From positions 15,128,001 to 15,192,000 of the forward strand of contig NC_042999.1 of NCBI RefSeq assembly GCF_006345805.1: a stretch of DNA of 64,000 bases, given 5' to 3'. Numbering within the stretch: the first letter of the stretch is position 1; every line of letters starts with the position of its first letter. The stretch is from Octopus sinensis. Lineage: Eukaryota. The notes beneath the pieces are model-generated. The model did not search any database, was not told where the DNA came from, and saw only the letters and a program-made list of their open reading frames with translations. Shown one piece after another: positions 37,596-49,689 of this stretch. The translations under genes were made by a program, and so were the position numbers.

Positions 37596-37700
37596 ATTAA
37601 TCAATATAGGGAGGCAAAAAAAAAATTTTGTAGAATCTTTTGCCCCCAGCGGCCTAGTGGGAAAAAAATTAAATAGTCATAAACCATTTTTAAGTTCAAT

Positions 37701-37860
37701 ATCACAATCAAGGAACGGCCATAAAGGCCATTCACCCACTAGAGAATGGCCTGGTTTACGGAATTCTCCTGGTTTACGGAATTAATGTTATTTTGCGGTG
37801 AAGCTTTTGGCTGTTATTTCTAGTGGGTGAATGGCCTATTATGGCCGTTCCTTGATTGTG

Positions 37861-37862
<2 letters not shown>
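37701..37862. repeat. Inverted repeat, ~43-bp arms
   Basis: atcacaatcaaggaacggccata...ccactaga / tctagtgg...tatggccgttccttgattgtgat. Confidence 0.85.
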
Positions 37863-37905
<43 letters not shown>

Positions 37906-38119
37906 GCAGCAAGTATGGATGTCAATAGTTTATACATCAATATGCATGTGTATTGGTTTATATATTCCTTTCTAAGTGACTTCTTTAGGTATATAAATTA
38001 ATGTATATATGTGCAAAAATAAAATAAAAATAAAATAATAAATAGAAATAAAATGAAATATATATATAATAAAATAAAGTAGAAATAAAATAAATACAAT
38101 AGAATGTATGAAAGTGAAA

Positions 38120-38178
<59 letters not shown>

Positions 38179-38185
38179 CTGTGTC

Positions 38186-38216
<31 letters not shown>

Positions 38217-38729
38217 GTATATATATAAATGAAGAAAAAATAATCCATAATCCTTGTCCCATACTGGGTTGATCCCAAAATCTAATCAGTTTGTGCCAGT
38301 CACGAGGCCAAACATCCCCAAAAGTTTCATCCGAATCCATCCAGCTGTTCTTGAGATATCTCATCCATGAACAAACAAAAGCAAACAAACATGACTGAAA
38401 ACAATACCTCTGCCTTTGCTAAGGCAGGAGTAATAATAATAAAGCTGAAGTAAAGACCATATATGTTATATAAGGTGTGTGTTTAATTGGCAAAATGTGA
38501 CCTTGTACCAATATCTGCTTCAACACATGAATTTACATCAAGAATTTTGCAAGACAAATAAAAAAACCTACAAATAAAAATTTATATATATACTGAGATG
38601 TACTTGCATAGCAAGTGACTTGATCTGAGATTGTGTGCTGGAACGAAAACAATTGCAGCATGGAAGGTGTTTATAAGCCATTTAAGAAACACACAAAACC
38701 GTTAGAGTCACTTCAACATTTAAATTTAA

Positions 38730-38780
38730 TTTGTCAAAATATTTTCGTCACTTTGAGACCGTGACCTGTTCACTGACAAA
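38730..38780 (-). ncRNA. Type I hammerhead motif, G3-C8 core variant (left arm of palindrome)
   Basis: Reverse complement reads tttgtca-GTGAACA-g-gtcac(ggtctcaaa)gtgac-GAAA-atat-TT/tgacaaa: 7-bp stem I, palindromic stem III. Confidence 0.65.
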
Positions 38781-38801
38781 ACTTCGTGCTGCATCTCAAG
38801 T

Positions 38802-38852
38802 TTTGTCAGTGAATAGGTCGCAGTCTCAAAGCGACGAAAATATTTTGACAAA
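38802..38852 (+). ncRNA. Type I hammerhead motif, G3.U8 variant (right arm of palindrome)
   Basis: tttgtca-GTGAATA-g-gtcgc(agtctcaaa)gcgac-GAAA-atat-TT/tgacaaa. Confidence 0.58.
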
Positions 38853-39971
38853 TTAAATTTAAATGTTGAAGTGAATCTAATGGTTTTGTGTGTTCCTTAA
38901 ATGGCTTATAAACACCTTCCACACTGCAATTGTATATATATAAAAAAAAAAAATCAACTGATGCAAAAAATGTCCTGAAGTGAAGAGTGGCACAGGAGTG
39001 GCTGTGTGGTAGGTAGCTTGTTTATCAACCACATGGTTCCGGGTTCAGTCCCACTGCATGGCACCTTGGGCAAGTGTCTTCTACTATAGCCTCGGGCCGA
39101 CCAAAGCCTTGTGAGTGGATTTGGTAGACGGAAACTGAAAGAAGCCCGTCGTATATATGTATATATATATATGCGTGTGTGTGTTTGTGTCTGTATTTGT
39201 CCCCTAGCATTGCTTGACAACCGATGCTGGTGTGTTTATGTCCCTGTTACTTAGCGGTTCAGCAAAAGAGACTGATAGAATAAGTACTGGGCTTACAAAA
39301 GAATAAGTCCCGGGGTCGAGTTGCTCGATTAAAGGCAGTGCTCCAGCATGGCCGCAGTCAAATAACTGAAACAAGTAAAAGAATAAAATAATAAAGTGGA
39401 ATGAGAACATTGCACTCCCTGTTGATTAAATAAAGGGTTAGTTTCAAATTTCCATGACAACAACTGAGTTCAACACAACACACCTGAAGAAAGCTGGAAC
39501 ATACGACTGCTGTAATGTAGTGAAAGCAACATTGGAGATGATGACACCAATCCAATTAATATACACAGTATACATAGAAAGTAATATAACCATTTCTTAA
39601 AAATATAAACATCACTAGCATTTCGTTTTTGGATTTGGTTTGCAAGATTCTTTATATGAGTTCGTGTGTTGAAGCATATTCTGTTATGTCTGGGGAGAGT
39701 CATTTTCTTTTTGTGCCTTATGATTTTGAAAAGGTTGCAAGATGCAACGAAAATTTTAGGAAAATAAAAATAAGAAATAAGCGGAAATTTTACCGGTGAG
39801 TGTGTTACATTATAAGGCACAAAAAGAAAATGACTCTACCCAGACACAACAGAATCACAAGCATTTATTTCGTGAATAACTCTCATCAGATTTGGTCAGT
39901 GACATAAATGGCATGAATAAAATTTTTTTAAATCTATAATGTGTGTATATATCTAAGTCCTTTAATCTTAG

Positions 39972-40090
39972 GTGCTTCAAAACCAGCGAAAATTGATCCA
40001 AGACTTATTGTTCCAATCTTTGATATCCTTTTCCCCTGTCTACCTGAAAAAATACGCAAACCTTTGAGATTTGGAGTAAATCATAAAAAT
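39972..40090 (+). CDS. SLC5 exon: (G)ASKPAKIDPRLIVPIFDILFPCLPEKIRKPLRFGVNHKN
   Basis: tttaatcttag acceptor, gtgagt donor; DP.LI.P motif; 119 nt. Confidence 0.92.
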
Positions 40091-40756
40091 GTGAGTATAA
40101 TAACTACCATTCCTGTTGTTTTTGATCAAATTGTTGCAAATTTGTTTAATTATATTAGTTTTATTATTTATTTTTGTTATTTAAGAGAAAGCAACCTTTA
40201 TGCAAAAGATCTTGGAATTCTTTAGCCCAATGGTTAGCACATATTGCCAAATGGATTACATACACACATACACATAAACACACACACGCACACTTGCACT
40301 CACACATAGATGTATATAAAACTATGTGCCAGAAATATATGGATGTATACATGTAGATCAGAGTTTCCCAAATGGTGTAATCTGTCCTTCTCAAATGGAG
40401 GGCACCACAGATTTTTAAAAATGCGATTTTAAGGCTTTAGCAAATCCATACAGATCTTTTAATGACTGGAAAAACCTGTTATCCCTAATTTTGTTATCCA
40501 CAAATTTGATTACTGAAATAAGGTAAGCATTTGTTTTTTTTTGTTTTTTCTAATATTTTCTTTAAACTTAGTCCTTGTGCCTATATTTGAAAGCAATATT
40601 TTCTTTAAACTTTTAATGTTAAACAGTTTGATTTTAAACTTGCTATACAAAGTACATACATTATTTTTAACTCATCAGTAACATTTAACTTTCCATGTCT
40701 AGTATGCCAATAATTTTTAACTTTCCATGCAATTACACCAGTAACTTAAAATTTTC

Positions 40757-41941
40757 CATGCAAAGTATATCAAAATTTTTTACTTGCCATGAAAAGCGAT
40801 CCACTAATTTTCATTTTCCATGCAAAGTATATCAAAATTTTTTACTTGCCATCAAAAGCGATCCACTAATTTTCATTTTCCATGCAAAGTATATCAAAAT
40901 TTTTTACTTGCCATGAAAAGCGATCCACTAATTTTCATTTTCCATGCAAAGTATATCAAAATTTTTTACTTGCCATCAAAAGCGATCCACTAATTTTCAT
41001 TTTCTATGCAAAGTATATTAAAATTTTTTACTTGCCATGAAAAGCGATCCACTAATTTTCATTTTCCATGCAAAGTATATCAAAATTTTTTACTTGCCAT
41101 CAAAAGCGATCCACTAATTTTCATTTTCTATGCAAAGTATATTAAAATTTTTTACTTGCCATGAAAAGCGATCCACTAATTTTCATTTTCCATGCAAAGT
41201 ATATCAAAATTGTTTACTTACCATGAAAAGCGATCCACTAATTTTCATTTTCCATGCAAAGTATATCAAAATTTTTTACTTGCCATAAAAAGCGATCCAC
41301 TAATTTTTATTTTCTATGCAAAGTATATCAAAATTTTTACTTGCCATGAAAAGCGATCAACTAATTTTCATTTTCTATGCAAAGTATATCAAAATTTTTT
41401 ACTTGCCATGAAAAGCGATCCACTAATTTTCATTTTCTATGCAAAGTATATCAAAATTTTTACTTGCCATGAAAAGCGATCCACTAATTTTCATTTTCTA
41501 TGCAAAGTATATCAAAATTTTTTACTTGCCATAAAAAGCGATCCACTAATTTTTATTTTCTATGCAAAGTATATCAAAATTTTTACTTGCCATCAAAAGC
41601 GATCCACTAATTTTCATTTTCTATGCAAAGTATATCAAAATTTTTTACTTGCCATGAAAAGCGATCCACTAATTTTCATTTTCTATGCAAAGTATATCAA
41701 AATTTTTACTTGCCATGAAAAGCGATCCACTAATTTTCATTTTCCATGCAAAGTATATCAAAATTTTTTACTTGCCATCAAAAGCGATCCACTAATTTTC
41801 ATTTTCTATGCAAAGTATATTAAAATTTTTTACTTGCCATGAAAAGCGATCCACTAATTTTCATTTTCTATGCAAAGTATATCAAAATTTTTTACTTGCC
41901 ATGAAAAGAAATCCACTAATTTTCATTTTCTATGCAAAGTA
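40757..41941. repeat. Minisatellite, ~62-bp unit x ~19
   Basis: catgcaaagtatatcaaaattttttacttgccatgaaaagcgatccactaattttcattttc; unit starts at 40757, 40819, 40881... Confidence 0.96.
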
Positions 41942-43281
41942 TAAATGTAAATCAAACCAGAATTTTTTTTTGTTTCAGCTGGTGTGTGAGAAGTGGGTGG
42001 GTATAACTTAGGTGGAAGGGTACCATCCATGAAATTTTTATTTAACACTTTGACCAAAGCATTTCATAAATTTGTCTTAAATGTCTATGTTTGTTACCAG
42101 GCTTTTAGTTAGCCTTTGTTTCATACATTCTGAGTAATGGAAAAATTTTCTTTTCGTAAGTTACTCTGATGGTCGAAAAATGTTGGGAATGTGTACCATA
42201 TATGAGGCATGAACAAAATGGAAATAAATCTTGCATATCACATGATACACAGGACAATAGGGCTTTAAAGACTGGTGGGAGAAAAGAAGGAAGTTTATCT
42301 CAAATCAGAAATGTGACCCTAATGTTTCTTACAGAGAGGACTCAACTAAAAGTTCAATATGGATCATTTTAAACAAGACGACAGGTTAGGTTTACAACTC
42401 AAAACAAGAACTGCTCTTTATGTGGGCTTTGGCAGTTTTCACTTACCAAATCTGAACCGCAACAGGAAAATGGGCTTATATAAGGTTATCAGTATGGAAT
42501 GTTATTCCTTTAGTTCACATCAGATTTATGTTTATATTTGTTTTCTTTTATATTTTTGAAGTTGTTGGAAGAGATGAAGTAGGTGGTGTATGGTGGTTGT
42601 AATTCACAAAAACAAGAGTGAATCTTAATATTTACAGTAAATAACACAACATACATGAATATGAATTACTTAAATATCTTGTAACATATTTTTGTTTGTA
42701 TCTATCTCTAAGAATCAATTATACTTTAACCATTTAGCATTTAAAGCAGAGATATCTACTGATTTATGTTGAAACCATCCAAATGTTCTACTGGCTTCTT
42801 ACATCTACTCTATGATGTTATTCAGAAAGTATACAATTATATTATCAAAATTTCAAAGCTACACGACAACACATGATTAATTTTAGAAAACGTGAATCAA
42901 TAACCATTACATTTGACCGACTATGCTAAAGGATTAATTTTGCATTTGTCATTAGCTGCCAGAAGTAAAATTACATTACAAACAACTGTACAGGACCTAT
43001 TTGCATTAAGGTCCAGTTTGATGCAAGATAATTTTTCCATGGACCAGGGGTTGCATGCATAAAAACACAATAATGTGCATAATATATAATTTAATTATTT
43101 CACATATAATACTCATATAATGCAAAAACAAACCCGCAAACTGCAACAGTCAATAAAATAGTAATAAACTTTAAAAATTTATTATTTCTGGACAGGCTGG
43201 TACCAAATGATCATCAATGCAATACTGTACATTATTTACCTTATTTACCTTTGATGGATATTTGTCCTCATCTTGTTTGTT

Positions 43282-43327
43282 GTTAATGCATTTCAGCTGA
43301 TATACCCTCCAGCCTTCTTCAGGTGTC
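43282..43327 (-). ncRNA. Degenerate hammerhead motif inside a tRNA-headed SINE
   Basis: Reverse complement reads gacac-CTGAAGA-a-ggctg(gagggtatat)cagct-GAAA-tgcat; the 3' strand of stem I is missing. Confidence 0.45.
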
Positions 43328-43384
43328 TTGGGGAAATTTTCAACCTGGGTTCTCATTCCTAAGGTATTTTTCGATGTCCAAGGC

Positions 43385-43617
43385 AGCAAGCTGGCAGAAA
43401 CGTTAGCACGTTGGACGAAATGCTTAGCTGTATTTTGTCTGCCGCTACATTCTGAGTTCAAATTCTGCCGAGGTCGACTTTGCCTTTCATCCTTTTGGGG
43501 TCGATTAAATAAGTACCAGTTACACACTGGGGTCGATTTAATCGACTTAATCTGTTTGTCTGTCCTTGTTTGTCTTCTCTGTGTTTAGCCCCTTGTGGGT
43601 AGTAAAGAAATAGGTAT
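43385..43617 (+). mobile_element. tRNA-derived SINE family B with a Nin/Deu-like central domain. Other copies: 2982-3185(+), 5907-6140(+), 16083-16497(-), 46229-46455(-), 60243-60455(-)
   Basis: A box agctggcagaa, B box gagttcaaattc, conserved gaggtcgactttgcctttcatcc...gtcgat...aagtacc. Confidence 0.82.
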
Positions 43618-44619
43618 TTTTCTATGTTGTTATTATCATTATTATTATTAGTCAGGTCACTGCCTGGAATCGAACTCAGAATCTTGGTGTTAGTAGCCTG
43701 CACTCTTAACCACTACACCATATGCCTGATAACAACAAACAAAATGAGGACAAATATCCATCAATTGTAAATAATGTAAATAATTACATAATTCCTCGTC
43801 TCTTAAATATAGAACTGTATCAATGCAATACTGGTCTGTGGCTCTTTGGCTGGAGACCCTTGGTGTAGGATGTTTGGTTAGCGTTAGGTTAAGGATCAGA
43901 TGTGTAATGAAAGGAGTGTCATCTATGCAGAATATTTTATGATGAGCATGTCTTCACTACTGACTGATAAGTAAGGAAAAAGACAAGGATATATCTTAGC
44001 ATTGTTATGACTTACTGGCAATGAAAAAGATATCATATCTATGTTGATTGTGTTATGTTAGATATGGTATCATTGGTTTCTATTTGGTATAGCATTGACT
44101 CTATCTTTTATCATTATGGGGTTTGATACGATAAAATATCAGTCAAGTACTCAAGTCAATATAATCAACTAACCCACACCTTCTCCAAAAATGTCAAGTC
44201 TTGCACTTAAATTTGGAACAATTATTATTGTTGTTGTTATTATTCAGTCTTATTTTTATCACGTGCTTTCACTGCACTACCGAGCGCAGCTCTGTGTGCC
44301 TTGGGTATGTGCTGTGGTTTATAATAATAATAATAATAATAATAATTGTGTACAGTGCTCAGGTGCACTTTTATTTTCACTGTGTTGAAAGTGTTTTACA
44401 TAGGATGTATGCAGTACTTTGTAGTGCTATTTTCTGTATGTTATATACATTTGTAAGTCCTGTTGTTTTGGTTATGTATTTGTCTGAATGTTTTTTAAGC
44501 ATACCTAATACACCTATTATTACAGGGATTGTTTCTGTTTCTAGGCTCCACATTTGAGTTACTTATTACTATTACTATTATTATTACTATTATTATTATT
44601 ATTATATTATTATTATTGC

Positions 44620-45330
44620 TTTACTTCTCAGAACGATCAGTCTTTTTGTTCTGGTAGATTCTGTGAGAGTGGACTGCAACCTGCTGTCAGAGGTCTCACA
44701 GGGTCTCTTTCCACACATAAGCTTTGATACTTGGTTGTTAATTATCACGGGACACATTCAATATCCAAGTACCAATTTTAAAATCCAAACTGTCCCCAAC
44801 AAAGCAGTTTTCTGGGCTTGCTCTGCTCTCATTTCAATTCATATTTCTTTGACATATTTCTTGGTTGTTAGAGGTCCAAGTGCCCCTACAACAACTAGAA
44901 TGACAGACGCTCTCCTTATACTCTACATTCTTGCAATTTTGTCTTTTAGTAGTTTGTACTTTTCAATTTTTCTAGTTCTTTGTCATTTATCCATGCATCT
45001 CCAGGTATTGCAATACCTATTATCTTGGTTTCCTTTTTTTCCTTTATCTACCACAACAATATCTGTTCTCCAAGCCTTGATTAGGGAGTCACATCGGATT
45101 GTAAAATCCCACAGTTCTCAGTGACTCCTTCTGGTTCATGTTTGTACCATTTCCATACTCTGTTCAGGCGGTTTTTTTCACATAGGCTCCAGTGGATGAA
45201 CTTAGCCACACTATTTTGCCTCCTTTTGTAGTGATTTTGGGCAAGCTTGCTACACTCACTTGATTTGTGAGATCGTTTTATAAGATCATTCACCTTAAAA
45301 TTTAAAATTTTTTGCTTCATGCCTTAGTGA
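44620..45330 (-). mobile_element. R4/Dong zinc-knuckle/RLE relic
   Basis: ECSKLAQNHYKRRQNSVAKFIHWSLC...WYKHEPEGVTEN. Confidence 0.8.
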
Positions 45331-46463
45331 CAAATCATCATCATCGTTCCCATCATCATCATCATCATCACCACTACTATTATCATTGTCATCATCATCA
45401 TTATCATCATCATCATCATCATCTGTGTAAATGATTTCACACATGCAAAGCATAAAAAGAAAATGTAGTATGGCCACAGCTATGGTACCTATTAAAATGT
45501 TTATTTCACAAGCATGTGGCTTGGGTTCAGTCACTTTACAATGCATTTAAGCAATTGTCTTCTAGTTTTACCCTGGGCCAGCTAAAGCTTCTGAGAATTT
45601 GTTAAACAGAATCTTAACAAAGCCTACCTGGCCAATGCCAGTGCTGCCTCGACTGGCTTCCGTGCCGGTGGCACGTAAAAAGCACTATCCGAATCGTGGC
45701 CGATGCCAGTGCCGCCTTGACTGGCTTCCATGCCGGTGGTACATAAAATGCACCAATCCGACCGTGGCAGTTGCCAGCCTCGCCTGGCACCTGTGCAGGT
45801 GGCACGTAAAAAGCACCCACTACACTCACGGAGTGGTTGGCGTTAGGAAGGGCATCCAGCTGTAGAAACATTGTCAGATAAGACTGGAGCCTGGTGCAGC
45901 CTTCTGGCTTCCCAGATCCCCGGTCGAACCATCCAACCCATACTAGCATGGAGAATGGACGTTAAACGATGATGATGATGAGATATATATATATATATAT
46001 ATATATGTATAAAGATGAATTAAATACAGAGATATTCAATTGACAATCCAATAATTTATTGATATCACAATATTACATTAAATACTATGAATATAATATA
46101 TAACATAACATAATTGAATTAAACCAATATCTATATGGTATCCAACTGATGTACCAGTGAATTGGATGTTTAATACACCCCTTTGAAGGAACTCTTTTCC
46201 TCAGTTTGTTACTGTATATACATATATTATTTCTTTATTGCCCACAAGGAGCTAAACATAGAGGGGACAAATAAGGACAGACAAAGGGATTAAGTCGATT
46301 ACATCGACCCCAGTACATAACTGGTACTTAATTTATCGACCCCGAAAGGATGAAAGGCAAAGTCGACTTCGGCAGAATTTGAACTGAGAATGTAAAGACA
46401 GGCAAAATACCGCTATGCATTTTGCCCGGCGCACTAACATTTCTGCCAGCTCATCGTCTTTTG

Positions 46464-46508
<45 letters not shown>

Positions 46509-46565
46509 TTTATATATATATATAACAAAGTAAAGTTATTAGATACTGCATGAATGGAAATATAT

Positions 46566-47143
46566 ATGAAAGGTTTGAAAAGACAATTTTAAAGATGTTT
46601 ATTCACTTGACTGGTTTCACTTTTTAGAAAAAGATTGTCAAAAGTAAAATGTAAAGCTTTGTATATGCTTTGTTGAGTTAAGTACTCGATGTCACAAAAG
46701 TATTAAAATACATATATACATTCTTTGGTAATAATAAGAAAATGTTAAAAACAGTTTACAAGAAAGTATTTCAGAAAGTATCCAACAAAAAGTATTAGGA
46801 GTTCAATAAAAATGTTTGGTAGTAAATACTTTTTTGTAAATTCTGAAATATATCTCCTTCTGTGTATGTATATATACTACCAAACAAACATGATTTTTAT
46901 TGAACTCCTAATACTTTTTGTTGAATACTTTCTTAAATACTTTCCTGTAAACTGTTTTTAACATTTTCTTATTATTATCAAAGAATTTATATATGTATTT
47001 TAATACTTTTGTGACAACCAGTACTTAACACAACAAAGCTTATACAAAGCTTTACATTTTACTTTTGACAATCCTTTTCTAAAAAAGTGAAACAGTTTAA
47101 GTGAATAAACATCTTTAAAATTGCATTTTCAAAACTTTTTTCA
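46566..47143. repeat. Imperfect palindrome, ~260-bp arms, 50-nt spacer
   Basis: Arms ~46566-46824 and 46875-47143. Confidence 0.9.
46602..46648 (-). ncRNA. Degenerate hammerhead motif, U3-A8 variant (mirror copy 47058-47105, + strand)
   Basis: Reverse complement reads tttactt-TTGACAA-tctttttctaaaaagt-GAAA-ccag-TC/aagtgaa; weak stem II, GUC triplet. Confidence 0.5.
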
Positions 47144-47155
47144 TTTTTATATATG

Positions 47156-47189
<34 letters not shown>

Positions 47190-49116
47190 TACTTGCATAA
47201 ATACATAGGTACATACAATTATGCATACATACATGAATATATATATATATCTTATGACAGGAGTGTCGATAATATATAGGAGGGAGGGATATGTCTCCTT
47301 GTCTTGGTATTATTTGAGCATTAAGGCACCCTTTCCCTAAATTTCAGACCTTGTGTCTATAGTAGAAAGGATTATTTGAACAATGTAAATAACTGTTACC
47401 ATCGTAAAAACAGTGCCCTTCATTTCCAGTTTCCCATGAATGCATGTCCAGCCATGGGAAAAATATTTTCTTGCTTTGAAACAAATGATGGTTGGCAACA
47501 GGAACAGGAAGGGCATCTGACCTTAGAAAATCTTCATCAAATTGCATCTGACCCATCCAAACTTAGTAAACTTAATTTTAAAATTACGAAGAGGAAGGGA
47601 TGGAGAAGGACATGGTTAATAGGTGCAAAACTTCAGGTATATTTTATAAAAAGAAAAAAAAACTTGTATGACTTGAATGAGCGAGGTTTTGTATATGAAA
47701 GGGATAAAAGCAGGTATGAGAACCAGTTTATGAACTACAGTTTAACAGGGGTTTACTTTCTGCTCCATGACACTTTTAGCTATAAAAATATAATACAACT
47801 TACAATATAAAATTTAATGACCTCTTCAGTTTATATGCATGTATATATGTATTATATATTTCTGTGTACATATGTATTCATGTACATATGTATTCATGTC
47901 TGTATGTTAACAAATATGTATATCATCATCATCATCATCACCACCACTACTATCAACACAATCATCGTCGTCATAATCATCATCATCATCGTAATTATTT
48001 TAATTATTTTAATGACTGCTAGCATGAGCAGAGTTGGTCGTCACAGCCCAAGTCATTTGTAGTCATTTGTAATTGGGCACCACAACTCCAATAGACGGAT
48101 CTTCATACATGTCCCTTAGTTTGGTTTCTACAGCTGGATGCTCTTCCTATCACACACCACTTTACAGAGTATACTGGGTGCATTTTATCTTCACACTCAA
48201 ACTAGAAAGGTTGAACAGTCCTCGGCAAGATAAGGACTACTGGGACCCCACGACCCAATGCTTTCTCTGTTTATAGTAAAACACTTTCCAGTGTATATGA
48301 GGTTTATTTTCTGTGACACCACCACTACAGCAGTTCCCATACTAATCAGTCTCTATAGAGCTGGTATGAGAGGCTGGTGTCCTCTATATCATGTTTTTTT
48401 TTCTGTCCTTTTCAAACCTAGCCAGGCTCATGGGCTTGGTTTCTTGGTTTCTGTGGCATATGTGTTCCCCTGCTGGACGGGACACCAGTCCATCGCAGCG
48501 TTATTCAAGAAACAGGAAGTGAGAGTGAGAGAAAGTTGTGGTGAAAGAGTACAACAGGGGTCGCCACCACCCCCTGCCAGAGCCTCATGGAGCTTTAGGT
48601 GTTTTCGCTCAGTAAACACACACAACGCCCGGTTCTGGGAATCAAAACTGCGATCCTCCAGCCACGAGTCTGCTGCCCTATCCACTGGGCCATTGCGCCT
48701 CCACCTAAATCATGTACTGATATATATATATATATATATATGTATGAATGTTTGAATACACATATCTGTATGTTAACATCATCATTTTTGGGTTCACATT
48801 TTTCTAGTTACCATGGGTAACTAGAAGGTTTACCCAACCATGGGTTGGGTAAGATTTCTTGTGATTCTATTCCATCGATAGGTGCCCTTCCTTACTCTTT
48901 TACTTGTTTCAGTCATTTGACTGCGGCCATGCTGGAGCACCGCCTTTAATCGATCAAATTGACCCCGGGTCTTATTCTTTGTAAGCCCAGTACTTATTCT
49001 ATCGGTCTCTTTTGCCGAACTGCTAAGTGACGGGGACATAAACATACCAGCATCGGTTGTCAAGCAATGCTAAGGGGACAAACACAGACACACACACACA
49101 TATATATATATATACG

Positions 49117-49159
<43 letters not shown>

Positions 49160-49689
49160 TACGACAGGCTTCTTTCAGTTTCTGTCTACCAAATCCACTC
49201 ACAAGGCATTGGTCAGCCCGGGGCTATAGCAGAAGACACTTGCCCAAGATGCCATGCAGTGGGACTGAACCCGGAACCATGTGGTTGGTTAGCAAGCTAC
49301 TTACCACACAGCCACTCCTGCGCCTCCTTAGTCATTTTATTTTTTATCTATTTACAATGAAGTTACTTTATTCCATGTCTTTGCACGTTGAACTGTCAAA
49401 CTTCTGAACACATTGCTTATGTGAGATACAAATAAATGTCACTGCTGCCCAAGCGGTGCTGATGTGAAGACTAAGAGAGAACACACACACACACCTGTAT
49501 ACATACAAACACATACACAGACACACATTATCATCATCATCATCATCATCATTGTTTAATGTCTGGCTTCCACGGAGAAAGGTGCAACAGGATCTGATGA
49601 CTTTCTCTTTTATGTTTGTCTCTATAGAGAAATACTTGCTCAAGGTAACCATGTTGAGAGGTCAAACTTAAGCAATACTAAGACTGCAA

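Larger units (their letters stand above)
38649..38933. repeat. Palindrome, ~136-bp arms, 13-nt loop
   Basis: Arms 38649-38784 and 38798-38933; hammerhead motif next to the loop in each arm. Confidence 0.93.
43228..43818. mobile_element. tRNA-headed, hammerhead-bearing SINE with a 5' inversion, a nested SINE B and a 15-bp TSD
   Basis: TSD atcaatgcaatactg at 43213-43227 and 43819-43833; tRNA-like head 43651-43726(-); + strand tail 43728-43818. Confidence 0.72.

Noticed and set aside
37701-37862. Hammerhead in the 37.7-kb inverted repeat
   Set aside because: GTGAATG-gcc(tattat)ggc is followed by cgtt, not GAAA. Kept only as an inverted repeat.
41192-41842. 216-aa ORF
   Set aside because: It is a translation of the 62-bp minisatellite.
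40757-41941. CRISPR-like regular repeat
   Set aside because: Units are contiguous with no unique spacers, there are no cas genes, and the context is a eukaryotic intron.
43651-43726. tRNA gene (also the SINE heads at 4370, 7530, 8996 and others)
   Set aside because: A and B boxes are present, but there is no complete acceptor stem or cloverleaf, and each continues into a SINE body.
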